A stretch of 64,000 nucleotides of DNA from Octopus sinensis (Eukaryota): assembly GCF_006345805.1 (NCBI RefSeq), contig NC_042998.1, positions 183,024,001 through 183,088,000 on the forward strand, in the 5' to 3' direction. Each line of letters starts with the position of its first letter. Positions within the stretch are counted from its first letter, which is position 1. Position numbers and translations under genes: made by a program. Below the pieces are notes generated by a model. That model was not told where the DNA came from, did no database searches, and saw only the letters and a list, made by a program, of their open reading frames with translations. Positions 25,053 to 38,959 of the stretch are shown in pieces.

Positions 25053-25394
25053 ACACACACACACACCACACACACACACACACATTCTAGCTATCAATTT
25101 CAATTACAAGGCATTGGCTAGCTCAAGACTTATCATAGAAGATGCCAAAATACTGCTGAGTGAGATTGAATCTGAAATAAGTTCTTGTGAAATGAACTTC
25201 TTAACCACACAACACGCACCTAATTTGAATTTTATACACATCTTCTTGACAACCTTTCACAATTTGTTCACATAAGAATTGTTACCTTCCCTGCTATATG
25301 TAATTGTTTCTTAAGGATTTTGTGGGGGTGGAGTTAAATTTTCCAAATACTTTTACCTGAATATCATTCTAATTTGTTTTTATATTTTCTACAG

Positions 25395-25550
25395 GCTTAC
25401 CTGTTAAACATTCCCAGCTGGGATTGGAAACGTGGCGATGATGCCGTGTGTATTGCTGAGTTAAAGCTTGGATTTATCGCTCAAAGTTGTTTGGCTCCTG
25501 GCTTCTCGACACTAATGGCTAATTTATTCACAATGAGGTCTTACAAGCCA
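25395..25550 (+). CDS. slo: Slo1 exon: [52 protein letters not shown]
   Basis: ttctacag acceptor and CCA|gtaagt donor. 52 codons, phase 0-0, with the hallmark Slo1 [15 protein letters not shown]. Confidence 0.98.
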
Positions 25551-28500
25551 GTAAGTAGTTCACCTAATGATCCCAGTTTCTTTTAATTATTCGTAAAATT
25601 ATTTTGTGTTTCGCCTCAGGGCTACTTTTTCTCTTTTACTTTACTCTGCAGTTTCTTACACACACAGAAGCATACACATAAATGTGTTGAAGGAAAGTGG
25701 TTCTGGACTGTTATTCTTAACAAGCCACTACCAAAGAAACAGATGATACAGTTGTGCCACTTGGAAATAAAGATTATAACAAGACAAAATAACAATGAAG
25801 TACTGTATCTCCAGGTTCTTCCACTGCATCGTTTGAGAGCAATGTTTAAAATAATAGACAAGCACAGGACTGAGATCTCCAAGCTAGAAAGAAAGGAAGG
25901 AATCAAACTGAAATTTGATATCTGATTCCATATACTTGAAGATGTTCTTTTCGCAAATCTATATCTTAGATTGTGTACACTCCATACTAAATTTAGTATG
26001 ACTAAATTAATGTGGAATCTTTCCTTTGCAGGACTGCATCATTCTGGAACCTAATACTCATAGTCATATGTTGCCAGTAATCTCTTCTAATGCAATGAAC
26101 TAACCCAGCTAACCTTATAATACTATCTAACACCCTACACATCTTCCCTCCTAGAGAAATAAACAAACTTTGTAACTAGAAAAAAAAAAAAGAAAGAATG
26201 AAACAATCGAAGAGAAGAAGGAAAGGTTATCAGGAAGCAATTTTTTTTTTTTTTTTTTATTAAATTACTAAAACTTTTCTATTTGTTATAAAAATAAACT
26301 TTATCATAAAAACCAAATTCCTGAAAAGCTTCTGTCAGAAGCTGTTTACCTTACTTAGATCCGAATGTGAAGAAATCAGGTGAAACTGAAGGTGTGTGGC
26401 ATAAATTTAGATTAAGAGATGGCTAAAAAACCTATCTGTAACAAACCTATTCTCCTAACTATTTCAGTTTTTGTTTATTATTTGTATTTGTAAGGAATGG
26501 GTGTACTTTGTTTGGTTTTGTTTTTTGTTGTTTTTTTGTGTGTTTTTGTTTGTTTTGTTTTGTTTGTTTTTTGCACTGGAAACTTGTAAGCTAGAATTGC
26601 AGAATATTTGATGAATAGTGATGGAAAAATCACTCAAACAGAAACTGTTCTGTGAAATGTAATAGTAAAAAGAATTAAGGAAAAGAAAAAAAAATGTTTA
26701 TGAGTGTGTTTTGTATGCATAATTAAGGAAAGCACAATAAAAAAAATAGCGTTGGTTAATAGACTTTTCAGTTGTGAATATAATCGTTCATATATTAATA
26801 GAATTCTTCTTCCAACCGAACAAGTTGTGCGCATGTGTAAGTGTATGCATGTGTGTCTGGAGAAAGAGAGAAAGAATATGTTACATAAGAAGCAATCATT
26901 GAAATAGATTTAAAAACATTATTCCTAAGCAATTATTATTTAAGGTAAAAAAAATAAAATATTTGGAAAGAAAATAATCTTTTGAAATGCTTAGAAAGCT
27001 GTCTATGAACTATATATTTACATCAACAAAATTTTTAGTGTAATTTTTAATCTCTTTCATAGATATTAAGCTTGAGTTTTCTCTTTTTTAAAAGAAAGGT
27101 GATTGGGTCTTTGAAACATTCCTGTCTTTACCAGAGCTGTAGATGAAATGAAGCATTTCCAGTTGAGAATTGAAACTGAATTTGTTGAAAACTTTCCCCA
27201 TAGGGTAATATTTGTCATTTAGATTTGTAAGGAACTGGAATAGGATTATGTGACAGTCATGCTTTTATCAAAAGCAAAATAAACAAAGGCTAAAATAGAC
27301 ATAAGCAAGCAATTCAGACTGGATCACAGATTAGGCTTATCAGGAACTTAACCTCTTGTCATACAGTACTTACCACATTATAATTGAATAGATGAACGGT
27401 TGACAAGTTTAGTTAATGATCATTTGGTTTGTTATGTGTCCAAACTCAGTAACAGCCTTTTTGTTATTGTATTTTTGTTGTTGCTTCAATACTTTATCAT
27501 CATTGTATGATTGCAATGAAGAAAAATCTAGTCTGCCTGTCTTGCACTAGAATTATGATGAAATTTCAAATTAGCTGGTGAAAAAATTAATTTTAAAAAT
27601 CTATTTTTAGCAATAAGATTCCATTGATTAGTTAAAGACTATTTACAATTATTTTTTTATTTTTACTATTACTACTACTACTATTATTATTATTATTATT
27701 AAGGCAACGAGCTGGCAGAATCGTTAACATACAGGGCAAAATTCCAAATTTCTATAAAATGCAACTAAAACAAAATAGGCACAGGTATAGCTGTATAGGT
27801 CCTGGCATAGCTGTGTGGTTAAGAAACTTGCTTTGCAACCACATGGTTTAGGGTTCAGTCCCATCATGCAGCTTCTAGCTGGTAAGCAGAAACTGGGTGG
27901 AGGCTTGTTGTGTGTTTGTGTGTGTGTGTGTGTGTCTTTGTGTTTATGTTTGTCCTCTGCCACCTCTTGACAACCAATTTTAGTTTGTTTATATCCCTGT
28001 TATATAGTGGTTCAGCAAAGGAAACCAATAGAATAAGTACCAGACTTATAATAGAGTACTAGAGTCAATTTGTTTGACTTAACCCTTCAAGGCAGTGCCC
28101 CAGTATGGTCACTGTTCAATGACTAAAACAAGTGAAAGGTAAAAAGATGATATCAGTTGTGAGTTCTTTTCTTTACTTGCTTATTCTGAAAGAATTGGAA
28201 TTTTGCGAAAATTCCAATTCCAGCCTTATTATGTTAGAATAGTAAGTAACATCTCATTTAAGTAGCTGTATGAACAGTCAGCTATGTGTACACTAAAATC
28301 TTATTCAGCAACACTAAACCATTATTAGCACTATTGTCTCACTGAAAACTTGGTCTTTGAATCTGTTTGTGTCACATGCTTGAAAACAATGTTGTTTGAT
28401 TCTTCCTCTAAGCCTTTCTTTAATCTGCAGGATAAAAATTAAAATTTATAGTTTACTTTTGTACATCAGAATATGTTGAAGCTGCATGGTCTAGTGGTTA

Positions 28501-28822
28501 GAATGTTGCATTTGTGATTGCAAGATCGTGGTTTCAATTCCAGGACTAGGTGGTGTATTGTGTTCTTGAGCAGAACACTTCATTTCGCATTGCTCCAGTT
28601 CACTCAGCTGTAAATGAATAACTCTATGACAGACTGGTGTCTTGTTCAGGGAATATTATGCTTTTGGTATCTTATATACCATGGCAAAACCAGGTAATCA
28701 ACCCTTTGAATCCTAGGACTCAAAACAGTACTTATTTACTTCACTTATAAGGAAATTAGAATGAAAGGTTTTAACTGTCTTAATTAATGTTCATTGAATA
28801 AAACATCTGAAAATTTATTATC

Positions 28823-29055
28823 TGTTTCTTTATTACCCACAAGGGGCTAAACATAGAGGGGACAAACAAGTACAGACAAACGGATTAAGTCGATTACATC
28901 AACCCCAGTGCATAACTGGTACTTTATTTATCGACCCCAAAAGGATGAAAGGCAAGGTTGACCTTGGTGGAATTTGAACTCAGAACGTAATGGCAGACGA
29001 AATGCGGTTACGCATTTCGCCCGGCGTGCTAACGGTTCTGCCAGCTCACCACCTT
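28823..29055 (-). mobile_element. SINE family A with 22-bp TSD
   Basis: aaac(a/g)tctgaaaatttattatc at 28801-28822 and 29056-29077. Confidence 0.88.
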
Positions 29056-29369
29056 AAACGTCTGAAAATTTATTATCATCATAAAAACTTTTTCTGTACT
29101 GGCATAATGAAACCTTATTAAAACAGATTTCCTACGACCAGATGCTCTTCCTGTCACCAACCCTTACTAGTTTTTTAAGTAACATATTTTTCATTCCAGC
29201 AAGAGTATACTGAGCTACAGAGCCTTTGTGCACTGGAGAAAGTAAACAACATAACTGTCTTTCAGGTGTTACACTGTTAAGTGATCACACACTGAGTTAT
29301 TTATGCATACACACACATACAAGTGTTTGTTTATAACAAAATCATTTGTTCTCTCTCTCTCTTTTTCAG

Positions 29370-29482
29370 TCTCCTGATATGGCACAATGGCAGAATGATT
29401 ACATGAGAGGTACTGCAATGGAAATGTACACAGAATATCTGTCCAGTTCATTTAGTGGGATGACATTTCCAGAAGCAGCAGA
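29370..29482 (+). CDS. slo: Slo1 exon: [37 protein letters not shown](E)
   Basis: (ct)n ctttttcag acceptor and GA|gtattt donor. EMYTE motif present. Phase 0-2. Confidence 0.96.
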
Positions 29483-30955
29483 GTATTTATAAATATTTTC
29501 TTTTGTTTTTTTGTCTTTATTTATTTATTTTGCTATCACATTATGTATGTTAGTTATTTATCAAATAACATTGGCAACAAGTGATACTGTGAAGTAATGG
29601 TGAGAGGTAGTGGTGGTGATGGAGAGATCAAGTGAAAAGATATGTACAGGTGATAGTGATAATAGCAGGAGGCCTCAGCAACACAATAAAATTTACCTGA
29701 ATAAATGACTACCAAAAATATTTTTAGTGGGCCTACATATGTTACTGCCAAAGTGTTGAAATTATAGTGATATCTGCTTGGCAACTAATGATGGGAATGT
29801 ATATTTGATATGCTTGTCTGTGAATTTTTTTATGTCTTGAGGTTTATATTCTGAGTTGTCCTTCATTCTCATAAAGTTGGACAAGTTTGTAGATTCATGG
29901 TTTATGGTGATTGCTTATATTGATATTGGTTGATTTACTTCATAGATAATCTTATTTGGCTTGTATAATACTTAGATAATGGTTTCTAGTTTTGGGAGGT
30001 TCTGTGGCATATACAATGTGTGCCTTAATAAAAATCATATATAGGTACAGATGGAAGTGGAGCTGGAAAGAGAAATAAATATGGTGATAGTTAGGTGTCT
30101 GAGTGTGCTCTTGAGGTGCAACAAGATGACAAGTATGAGGGCAGGTGATTGGCAGGAGTGAGTAGGTAAAGCTTAAAAGAGTCTGGTGGTGTGTGTGGGG
30201 AGGGAGTTAGAGATAGGAGAAAAGATGAATGTAGTAAATCTTGACCAAGGGTGGAGGGGTGGCCAATGATATGAGTTGTGGGGAAGATCATAAGAATGAG
30301 GTAGTATTGAACTACTAACTACATAACCAGGTGTTCAAATCTTAATGAAGTTGTTTTAGTCTGATCTATTATTTTATAAATTTGTGTGAAAAAAAATTTG
30401 CTGTAAAAGAAATTCCAGACAGAAGTTGTTATTAAGTGAAAGGATTGGTTAAAGTGTGTTATAGGGAATCTGGTAGGTAAACCAGATTAGATATGAAGAT
30501 AGATAGGCATTTACCTGCATATAAAGCCTGGAGGGAGTGGATGTAGATAGCATTTCAGAAGAGCAGAGGCTATTGTTATAGTGATAGAAGATAAAAAGAA
30601 TAAAGCTGATGCTGATGTAATCATTGTACTCCAAGTCCTCCTTTTGCTAACCGCTGGTTATATTACTCACTAAAATTAAAATGAGTCATCATCACCATCA
30701 TCATCATTATCATCATTGTCTTTATTTTAACATCTACTTTTCCATACTTGCATGGGTCGGATGGAACTTGTAGAGGCAGAGTTTTCGTCAGCTGGGCTGG
30801 ATACCCTTCTTGCCACCAATCCTTACCTGTTTCCAAGCAAGGTAATATTTCCCTATGACCAGACATGTTTTCACAGAAGATTGAAAACAAAGGATATGGC
30901 TTGCATGGTGGTGACACTCATTTACAACTATCAAACTATGTCAATGCAAGGCAAC

Positions 30956-31004
<49 letters not shown>

Positions 31005-32121
31005 GATACACACACACACACACACACACACAGATACACACATGCACAGATACACACACACACAGATATGCACACATATACACACACTCATATACCTACA
31101 TATATGTGTGTGTATAAAAGTAAAAACTTACTGTGGTATACATATAACTATATATACAGGTTAGGTTTGGTGATGCAAGCAGATAAATAGAACTCAAAAC
31201 ATGTATATATATATATATACATATTTTTTATTGATATTTACCAGAAGCAATGGAGTGACTCAAGGAGCAAGTTTCATGCATTGGCATTTATCAAATACAC
31301 AAAACTCTCGGCCCTTGAGTCACTTTGGTCAGCCTGGAGTTATATTAACAGACACTTACTTAAGGTACCATGCAGTGGGACTGAACTCAGAATCATGTGA
31401 TTGAGAAACAAACTTCTTACTACACTACCACGCCTGTGTCCACAGGACGTAAAGTTTTCATCACAGATGATGGAAAATATTTGCTTAAAAATTACTATAA
31501 CAAACTTATTTCTTTTCTTTGAAGTACATCCACACATCATTTATATGCCATAATTTTACTTTTCTCAATCAGTAATATTTACAGTAACCATTTCATTATT
31601 GAAAAATCTGCCTAAAAATATCAGTTATGGTATTATGATGGTGTCATAATTGTTAGCTATTAATTTCATTGTTAATTATAAATTATCTAAGCTTCATCAA
31701 ATGTAGGCTATTTACAAGTACCATCTGCAACATCCTGTTCCAGAACAATTGTACAATTTGTTTCATAAATCATTTTTTTTCTATGTATTTTATCTTTATA
31801 GTGTTCACTTTATTCATTATAAGTTGATATATATATATATATATATATATATGTAATTACTGTAGGTTCGTTATGATGTAAGTTTAGGTAAGCTAGATGA
31901 AAACTAGTTAAAACTTCCTCTTCATGATGATGTTTGCAGTTATTGTTAGCAAGTACAATGAGACTAGATCTAGAACTCACTTGGTAATTAAAACCAAATT
32001 GCAAATTAATTGATAAAGCTAAAAGATTATATGGCTGGATATGCATCCTTCCTTTGTTCAGCAGCATTTTCATTTCAACTCAACCAAATTAAAGTGAACA
32101 CATTTCTGTTTTGTTATTATC

Positions 32122-32155
<34 letters not shown>

Positions 32156-33025
32156 ATATCATCATCATCATCTTCATCATAGTTCGGCTTCTGGAATAAT
32201 AATTCTTTCAAACAATTCATATTTACTGAAACAGGGAAATATACAAAAAGTTTGAGCAAGTGTCTTCCCTGGTCAACCAATGCCTTGTAAGTGAATTTGG
32301 TAAATGGAAACTGTGTGGAATCCCATCATATGTATCATCATCATCATCATCATCGTCATTATTTAATGCCATGTTCCAAGATGGCATGGGTTGAACAGTT
32401 TGACAGGACCCAATGGGTTCTAGGACCGCATTGTATTTCAAAATCTGTTTTGGCATGGCTTCTACTCTTCCTTACTCCGACCACTTTACATCATGTTCCA
32501 GGTGCTTTTGTCATGCCACCTCTACTGAGGTTGTCATGCAACTTGCAAGACTATGAACTCTGAGGGAGGAGGGGGAAATCAGATTAGGCTCAGGGATGAG
32601 AGGTTAGAGTATGAGAAAAGGGAGCTAGGCAGAACAAGTTCTTGTGGAAGAGCTGTAATATGTGTGTCTGTGCTTGTGTCTGTGTTTTACCCCTGCCACT
32701 GCTTAACAACTTGTGTTGGTTTGGTTACATCCCAGTAAATTAACAGTTTAACAAAGGAGACCAATATAATAAGACTGGGATTGATTTATTAGACTAAACC
32801 CTTCAAGATGGTGTTTCAGATTCAATGCAGTCCAGTGACTGAAACAATTAGAAGATAAGATAGATTACAAAACTAGAAAGAGAAAATAGGCTTCAAATAT
32901 TCTGTACTCAAGAACATGGAAGTAGTTTGTCGACCAGCTTACACTTGGATACTTTAACAATAAGAACAAACATTCAGTAATTTAGTATCTCTAATTTATA
33001 CCCAAAGATATATTACACAGATTTA

Positions 33026-33205
33026 GGGACGAAGTTTGCATACTATGCAAACCTCATCCTTATCTCTTTGTAATGAAGTTTGCATGCTATGCAAACCTCA
33101 TCCTTATCTCTTTGTAACGAAGTTTGCATGCTATGCAAACCTCATCCTTATCTATTTGTAACGAAGTTTGCATGCTGTGCAAACCTCGTTCCTATCTCTT
33201 TGTAA
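33026..33205. repeat. 4 x 44-bp tandem repeat with internal palindrome
   Basis: Units start at 33030, 33074, 33118 and 33162, each containing GTTTGCAT-N3-(A/G)TGCAAAC. Confidence 0.9.
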
Positions 33206-35229
33206 TATATCAAAATTTGTTAATGTTAATTCATTCTTCATGTTCCTCTTCTGTGCATTGGGAGGCCATATAAAATTCAATGTCAAATTTTTTAATTTTA
33301 TGTTTTTTCAATGACATATTTAATAGTTTCATAGATATTGATTTCAGGTTAAATTATAAATAAGGTAACTGAATTAGAAGAAAAAGAATTTCAACATAAA
33401 AGAATGAAAAAATTTTTTGAAAATAAAATCAACTGGTTGTTAACTGCTTAAGGGATTTCTAATATTGTGAACTTCTATTTGTTTTTTTACAAGTGTGGTA
33501 AAAACTACCTTTCATAGTTCTTAAAACTTTTGACTTTGGTTTATTCCAAAAAATTTGGAAATCTTTTTCAGAGTATCTACAAATCATGTCAGAAAATATT
33601 TTAGTGGCTAGATGAAAATCATTTTGGGGTCAAATTCTATCAGTTGAGGAAATAAATCTTCTAATTTTTACTTCCAGCTCTAAGCTGTTGAATTGTCTGA
33701 ATTTTATATATCTGAGTGAAGAAAGTATTTTCTGTTGTATTTGCTTAGATTTCCTTTCTTAGTACACTTCTAACCTGGTACACACTTAGTACATTTAACC
33801 AGTATCTTTTCACTTTGGCAAGCTGTCATTTTCCCATTATATAACTGAAGAGTTTGCCAGTTTTTAGCCTTGCAAATAAAGCTCTGATATATGATAATTA
33901 CAACAACATAAATGGATTGTAATAATTTTCATTTCTGTTATGAATTAAAAATACTTATAGAATGAAGGCATCCTGATTACCATTATTATAATCAGTTTTA
34001 TATTATATTCCATTTTACTGTAATGGCATAAAATAGTTATAGCCACTCTTTTTCCACATGTATTTATCCTTCAGTTATGTTTTCTGTATTACTTAACTCC
34101 TTTAACTTGATACTCTCAAGCTCTGTTATTATTTAGCTCAACTTTTCCACTTCTCTCTTCTCATGACAATGGTTATTTCTCTGGCATTCGCTCATTAATA
34201 TTTATCATACCATTCATTTACAGAACAAATTACTGCCAAAAAGTGACAATCTTTCACTTCACATTATACAACTAGTATATCAACTCATTCTAATTCTCGC
34301 TAACCTTTGAAAACTTTTATGCTTCATTGCTACAAACAATACTCTTGTGTAAAGAGTAGCATATAACATATATATCATAGTATTGGTTTTTCCATCATCA
34401 AAGACAACAGTTTCTCAATATTTCTTTTAGCTACATCTAATTGTTATGGTATTATTTTACTAAACTTCAGCTTAAAGAAAAATGGCATAAATAATAATAG
34501 AGTATATTTGCAAATGTCAGTTCTTTATACCCAGATTCTGACCCTTTCTTAAATGCTTAAATTTAGTAAAATATTTTTACTAAATATTTAGTCAGTAAAT
34601 ATTTTTACTGTCAGTAAAATATTTTTGTTAAACTGCTAGAAAATTTCCAAAATCTGCAAAATATATTCTTTAAAATAAAGGCATGAGCATAGCTGTATGG
34701 TTAAGAAGCTTCTTTTTGCAACCATGTGGTTTTGGGTTCAGTCCCACTGCACAGTACCTTGAACAAATGTCTTCTACTATAGCCCAGGGCTAACCAATAT
34801 ATTGTGAGTGAATTTGGTTGACAAAAATCTGTTTTGTGTATGTGTCTGTGTATGCACGTGAGTGTGTGTGTGTGTACACATGTGTGTTTGTTTTTGTATT
34901 TGTGTTTGTCCCACCACCACCATTTGACGACCAGTTGGTTTGTTTATGTCCCTGTAAATTAGTGATTTAGCAAAAGGGACTGAAAGAATAAGTACAAGAT
35001 TTGAAAAGAGTACTGATATCGATTTGTCCAACTTAACTCTTCGAGGCTATCCCTTGCATGGCTGTAGCGCAATGAGTGAAACAAGTAAAAGAAAAATATA
35101 TGACTTTGTATTATCATTTTTACCATAAGAGATCGAGATGGGTGCTGACCATTGAAGTTAAACTCCTGAGAGCATATACTGTTTTGTGTAGATGTCTTGC
35201 AAACAACTTGCACATGCAAGTTCTACCAG

Positions 35230-35730
35230 TCAAAAGCTCTGTATACCGGAAGCCAGCAAGTGTATGGGGTCATCAGGAGAGAATGCGTGCTGTTTTGGGG
35301 CCTACCTCTCGACGGCATCAATGCACACCGCCCCTCCCCCCCTCACTGATACGAGGCCTCACTTGCTAGATCAGCAGGTTATCAAATTAAGCTCAATATC
35401 CTTCTAGCCATCGCTCATCATCTCTTTTTATCCAAATCCAGTGGCTGGCCTTCTCCACTGTAGATTGGATATCGGTCATGGTAGTATTGACTTTATGATG
35501 AGTTAGGCCTAGCAATAACAACAGTCGTCTCACACTGTGTCCAACGAACCCAAATAAATCTTTTCCTATATCATATATTGAGCTTGATAATTTACCCAGT
35601 TTCTCCACTGTAGAGCCTGTCATTTTATAAAGAGCCCGACAAACCTTGTTTTCAAACTCTTTATATTTCCCTTTCTCATTAGCAGCAGGCCACAAAACCC
35701 TCAGTTTCCTCGGAGTATTTTTTGCTGAAA
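35230..35730 (-). mobile_element. Internally deleted Hero-like (R2 superfamily) non-LTR retrotransposon
   Basis: RKLRVLWPAANEKGKYKEFENKV..GSTVEKLGKLSSSIYDIGKDLFG (Hero-like N-terminal region) is fused to LGL..STVEKASHWIWIKRDDERW (Hero-like C-terminus). Family assigned from recalled motifs. Confidence 0.6.
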
Positions 35731-36511
35731 GTACATTTAATTTATAAGCTCTCCTCTCAAAAAGTTATTTGGGAATGTTTAGAAGGTTATTTCCTTAATA
35801 GAACATGATTAAGGAAATCACTTGTGTATATCTGAGAGTAAAATAGATAATAGATTCTGACTCTAGCACTCATATTAACTATCATAGCTATTCATTTTCT
35901 AAATGTCAAATTTAATCAACTGATATCTGAAGTCTTAAATCTTTCAAAATAACGAAAGATAAGTAGTAAATAAACTGCTGCAGTAAATTTATAATCTTTT
36001 ATGAGAAACTTTACTTTGAAAGACATTTTATGTAGTATGAATAGTAGATTGGAGTCACACTAGTTGTGAAAATAAGACCTTCCAAATTTATTTTTAATGT
36101 CTCAAAATAACACTGATAGTGCATCTACAAATTCATTATCCAATGTGTCCTTCCTTATTTAAAGATGTTAGACTATAATATGAAAAAGATTTGGGTGTTA
36201 TTTTTGGTAGGTTGAATAACCATGTAGTGGTGTCATCACCTAACATTAATAAAAACAGTGATTGTTCATAACTATTTTCCTCACCTTTCAGATTTCAACA
36301 GTGCAGTCAGTAGAACAGTAATTGGCAAGGTCAAGAAAATTACCTTTCTTGGGAAAGGGATATAGTGCTGCATGTTTCCAAAGTTTAGGATAAGCCCTTA
36401 TAAAGAGAAAAAAATAATAAAGCTTTGCAAAAGCTATCCCTGCTGCCCACAGTTTGAAGGTAACAGAAGGGATACTATTAGAACTGATTGCCTCATTGGT
36501 CTGAAGGAATT

Positions 36512-36551
<40 letters not shown>

Positions 36552-36639
36552 CACACACACACACATATGTGTGTGTATAGATATATATATATATATATGC
36601 ATACATATAGGTGTGTGTATGTGTGTATATACATGTAGG

Positions 36640-36860
36640 TATGTAAAAAGCACCTTTGCCAGACCATGTGAAAACACCCATACTAGTTCATGTAAAAAGC
36701 ACCCAGCACACTGTAAAACAGTTGGCATTAGGAAGGGCATCCAACTATAGAAATCCAGCCAAATCAGACTGGAACCTGGTACAGCTCTCTAGCTTGCCAG
36801 CTCTGATCTAGCCGTCCAACTCATGCCCACATGGAAAACGGATATTAAATGATGATAATA
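36640..36860 (+). mobile_element. RTE 3'-end copy, opposite orientation
   Basis: gttggcattaggaagggcatcc ... atggaaaacggatattaaatgatgat. Confidence 0.7.
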
Positions 36861-37854
36861 TATATAATATGTATGTATATAAGTGTTTACCTTTCATTCA
36901 CTCATGTAAATCAGCAAAAGATATAAACATCAGTAAGAAAATTACAAAAACCAGTACCCTTCAAATGAAGCTCTTTGCAATATTTGTTCATCTCTTGTCA
37001 CCCTTTTCGTCAGGTGTACATAACTAATGACACTATCGTTCACTAAATAACCACTCCACTCTCATTACTAACCTTTTGAAAAAGTATGAATATCACAACA
37101 TAGCATTTACATCTCTCTCCTAAACTGAGGTATCACGCTTAAGAACCAGTTCTATATGGTAAGAAGCAACTTCATAGGATTATATATAGCACAGCTACCT
37201 ACTACTAAACTTGTTGAATTTCAGTTTTTAGATATTTCTGTATGTATGGAAGATAGCTAGAGATGGCATACTATCATATAACAGGCTGTCGGTTTCCTTC
37301 TTAAATTATTGTGTATACATATATATATATGTCTGAAAATTATCTGCATCTTTTTATTTATTTATTATTTTTTTCTATTTCCTTTGGCCAACTCAGCTCA
37401 AAATAGATGTTAATCTTATTTCATAGCTGAATGGTTAGTAGTAAGTAACAAAACCATCCAGTTGAAAAATACAAATTCAAAAAAAAAAAAAATGCATTTT
37501 CTGCAACACATTAAATGCAAATATTAAAATATGCAAAATCCTTCTTACCCTAGTTAAGATAGTTTATTTATTTCTTTTTAGAAAAAAAAGGGATGTAAAA
37601 ACTTTTTTTTTTCATTTCAGGAATGAAAACATCATTATTTTGTGCAATATTTAGAAAACCAATATTCTTCACTTTGTTTATACATATATACACATATACA
37701 TGCATCCATACATACAAACACACATACACACATTCTTTTATTCTTTTAAGTGTTCAGCCCAAAGGCTATGGCCATGCTGGGGCACTGCTAGTGTTATCAC
37801 TTTTTCAATGGCTATTCTTATGCGATTGACTTTTGGAGAAGGAGGGAGTTCCAT

Positions 37855-37945
37855 ATTGCTGCTCTCTTTTCAGTTTCTTGCTGTGATGTAGGTTCATCTG
37901 GTGCCTTGGACACCAGGAGGTCAATTTGTTTCTTGAAAGCATCTA
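37855..37945 (-). mobile_element. Short CR1-like 3' fragment
   Basis: VDAFKKQIDLLVSKAPDEPT..NSLL resembles the CR1 ORF2 terminus at 59690-59830. Confidence 0.5.
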
Positions 37946-38410
37946 CCCTATCTATATATGTATGTATGCATGTATGTATGTACACATACACACACACACA
38001 CACATGTGTTTTGTGCAGAAGTAATGAAAATAGAAACAGAAGGAAATGTCTAATGTTTCAAGTATACACTCTTCTTCTGACAGATAGGATAGAGATGGAA
38101 AAGAAAGGAAAAGAAAAATTTGAAACATAGATACACACGTGTAACCAGCCATCATGGCATGGTGAAAAAGTAGAAGTAGTTGAGTGGTCGCTTTAGGTGT
38201 GAGTGTCAAGGGCTACAATTGTGACCTGACATGTATGTGTATGTGCTTATTTGCTAGTTTATTTGTGTGTGTGTGTGTGTGTGCTTCGTTTGTGTGTGTA
38301 TGAGGCTGTTGTGTGCATTTATACTGGCTAAACATGTTTATGTGAAAACAGGGGACATTAATGTGTGTTGGGGGTTAGGAAGTGTAGATGTGTCTTCATT
38401 TTCTGGCTAC

Positions 38411-38446
<36 letters not shown>

Positions 38447-38901
38447 CATATGCGTGGCATGTGAAATTAATTGAAGTATGTGTGCTAGTGTATGTGTATG
38501 TTTTTAAGTGTATATGTGGCTGCAATGTGTATGCGTACTCTGTTTAAATGTGTTTGTGTGGATGATGTTGGGTATTTTGTTTATAAGAGGGGTGTGGGTA
38601 TGTAAGGAATTTTGAATATAGGGACTGTGGGAAAGCATGAGGTGGGTAGTGTGTATATAAAGTGGTAAAAAATGTGAAATTAAACAAACAAGGGATTGAA
38701 AATTAAAACTGTTGGGGATCAAAGTTCAAAAAGAAAAGACTAATTCCTGCTCCGGATGGAGACAGGAGCCCAGGAGGCCTCTATACAGTACCAGCTTGAG
38801 CACACAGATGTTGAAAGGAATGCAAGCCAAGTGAAGTGGAGCAAGACTGGAGTTTCATTCCAGAGTCTTATATCTTATATATATATATATATATTATATA
38901 T

Positions 38902-38934
<33 letters not shown>

Positions 38935-38959
38935 CCTCTAAGTGTTCAGCAAACATATC

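Noticed and set aside
25652-25925. Acceptor-like tracts and a purine-rich open frame after exon 25395-25550
   Set aside because: The strongest acceptor (25651) hits a stop in phase 0, there is no convincing donor and no Slo1 similarity.
33348-33364. 17-nt segment between cag and gtaact
   Set aside because: Not a multiple of 3 and contains an in-frame TAA; no further support.
37621-37660. Strong acceptor ttttcatttcag at 37620
   Set aside because: The required phase-2 frame stops after 11 codons and there is no matching donor.
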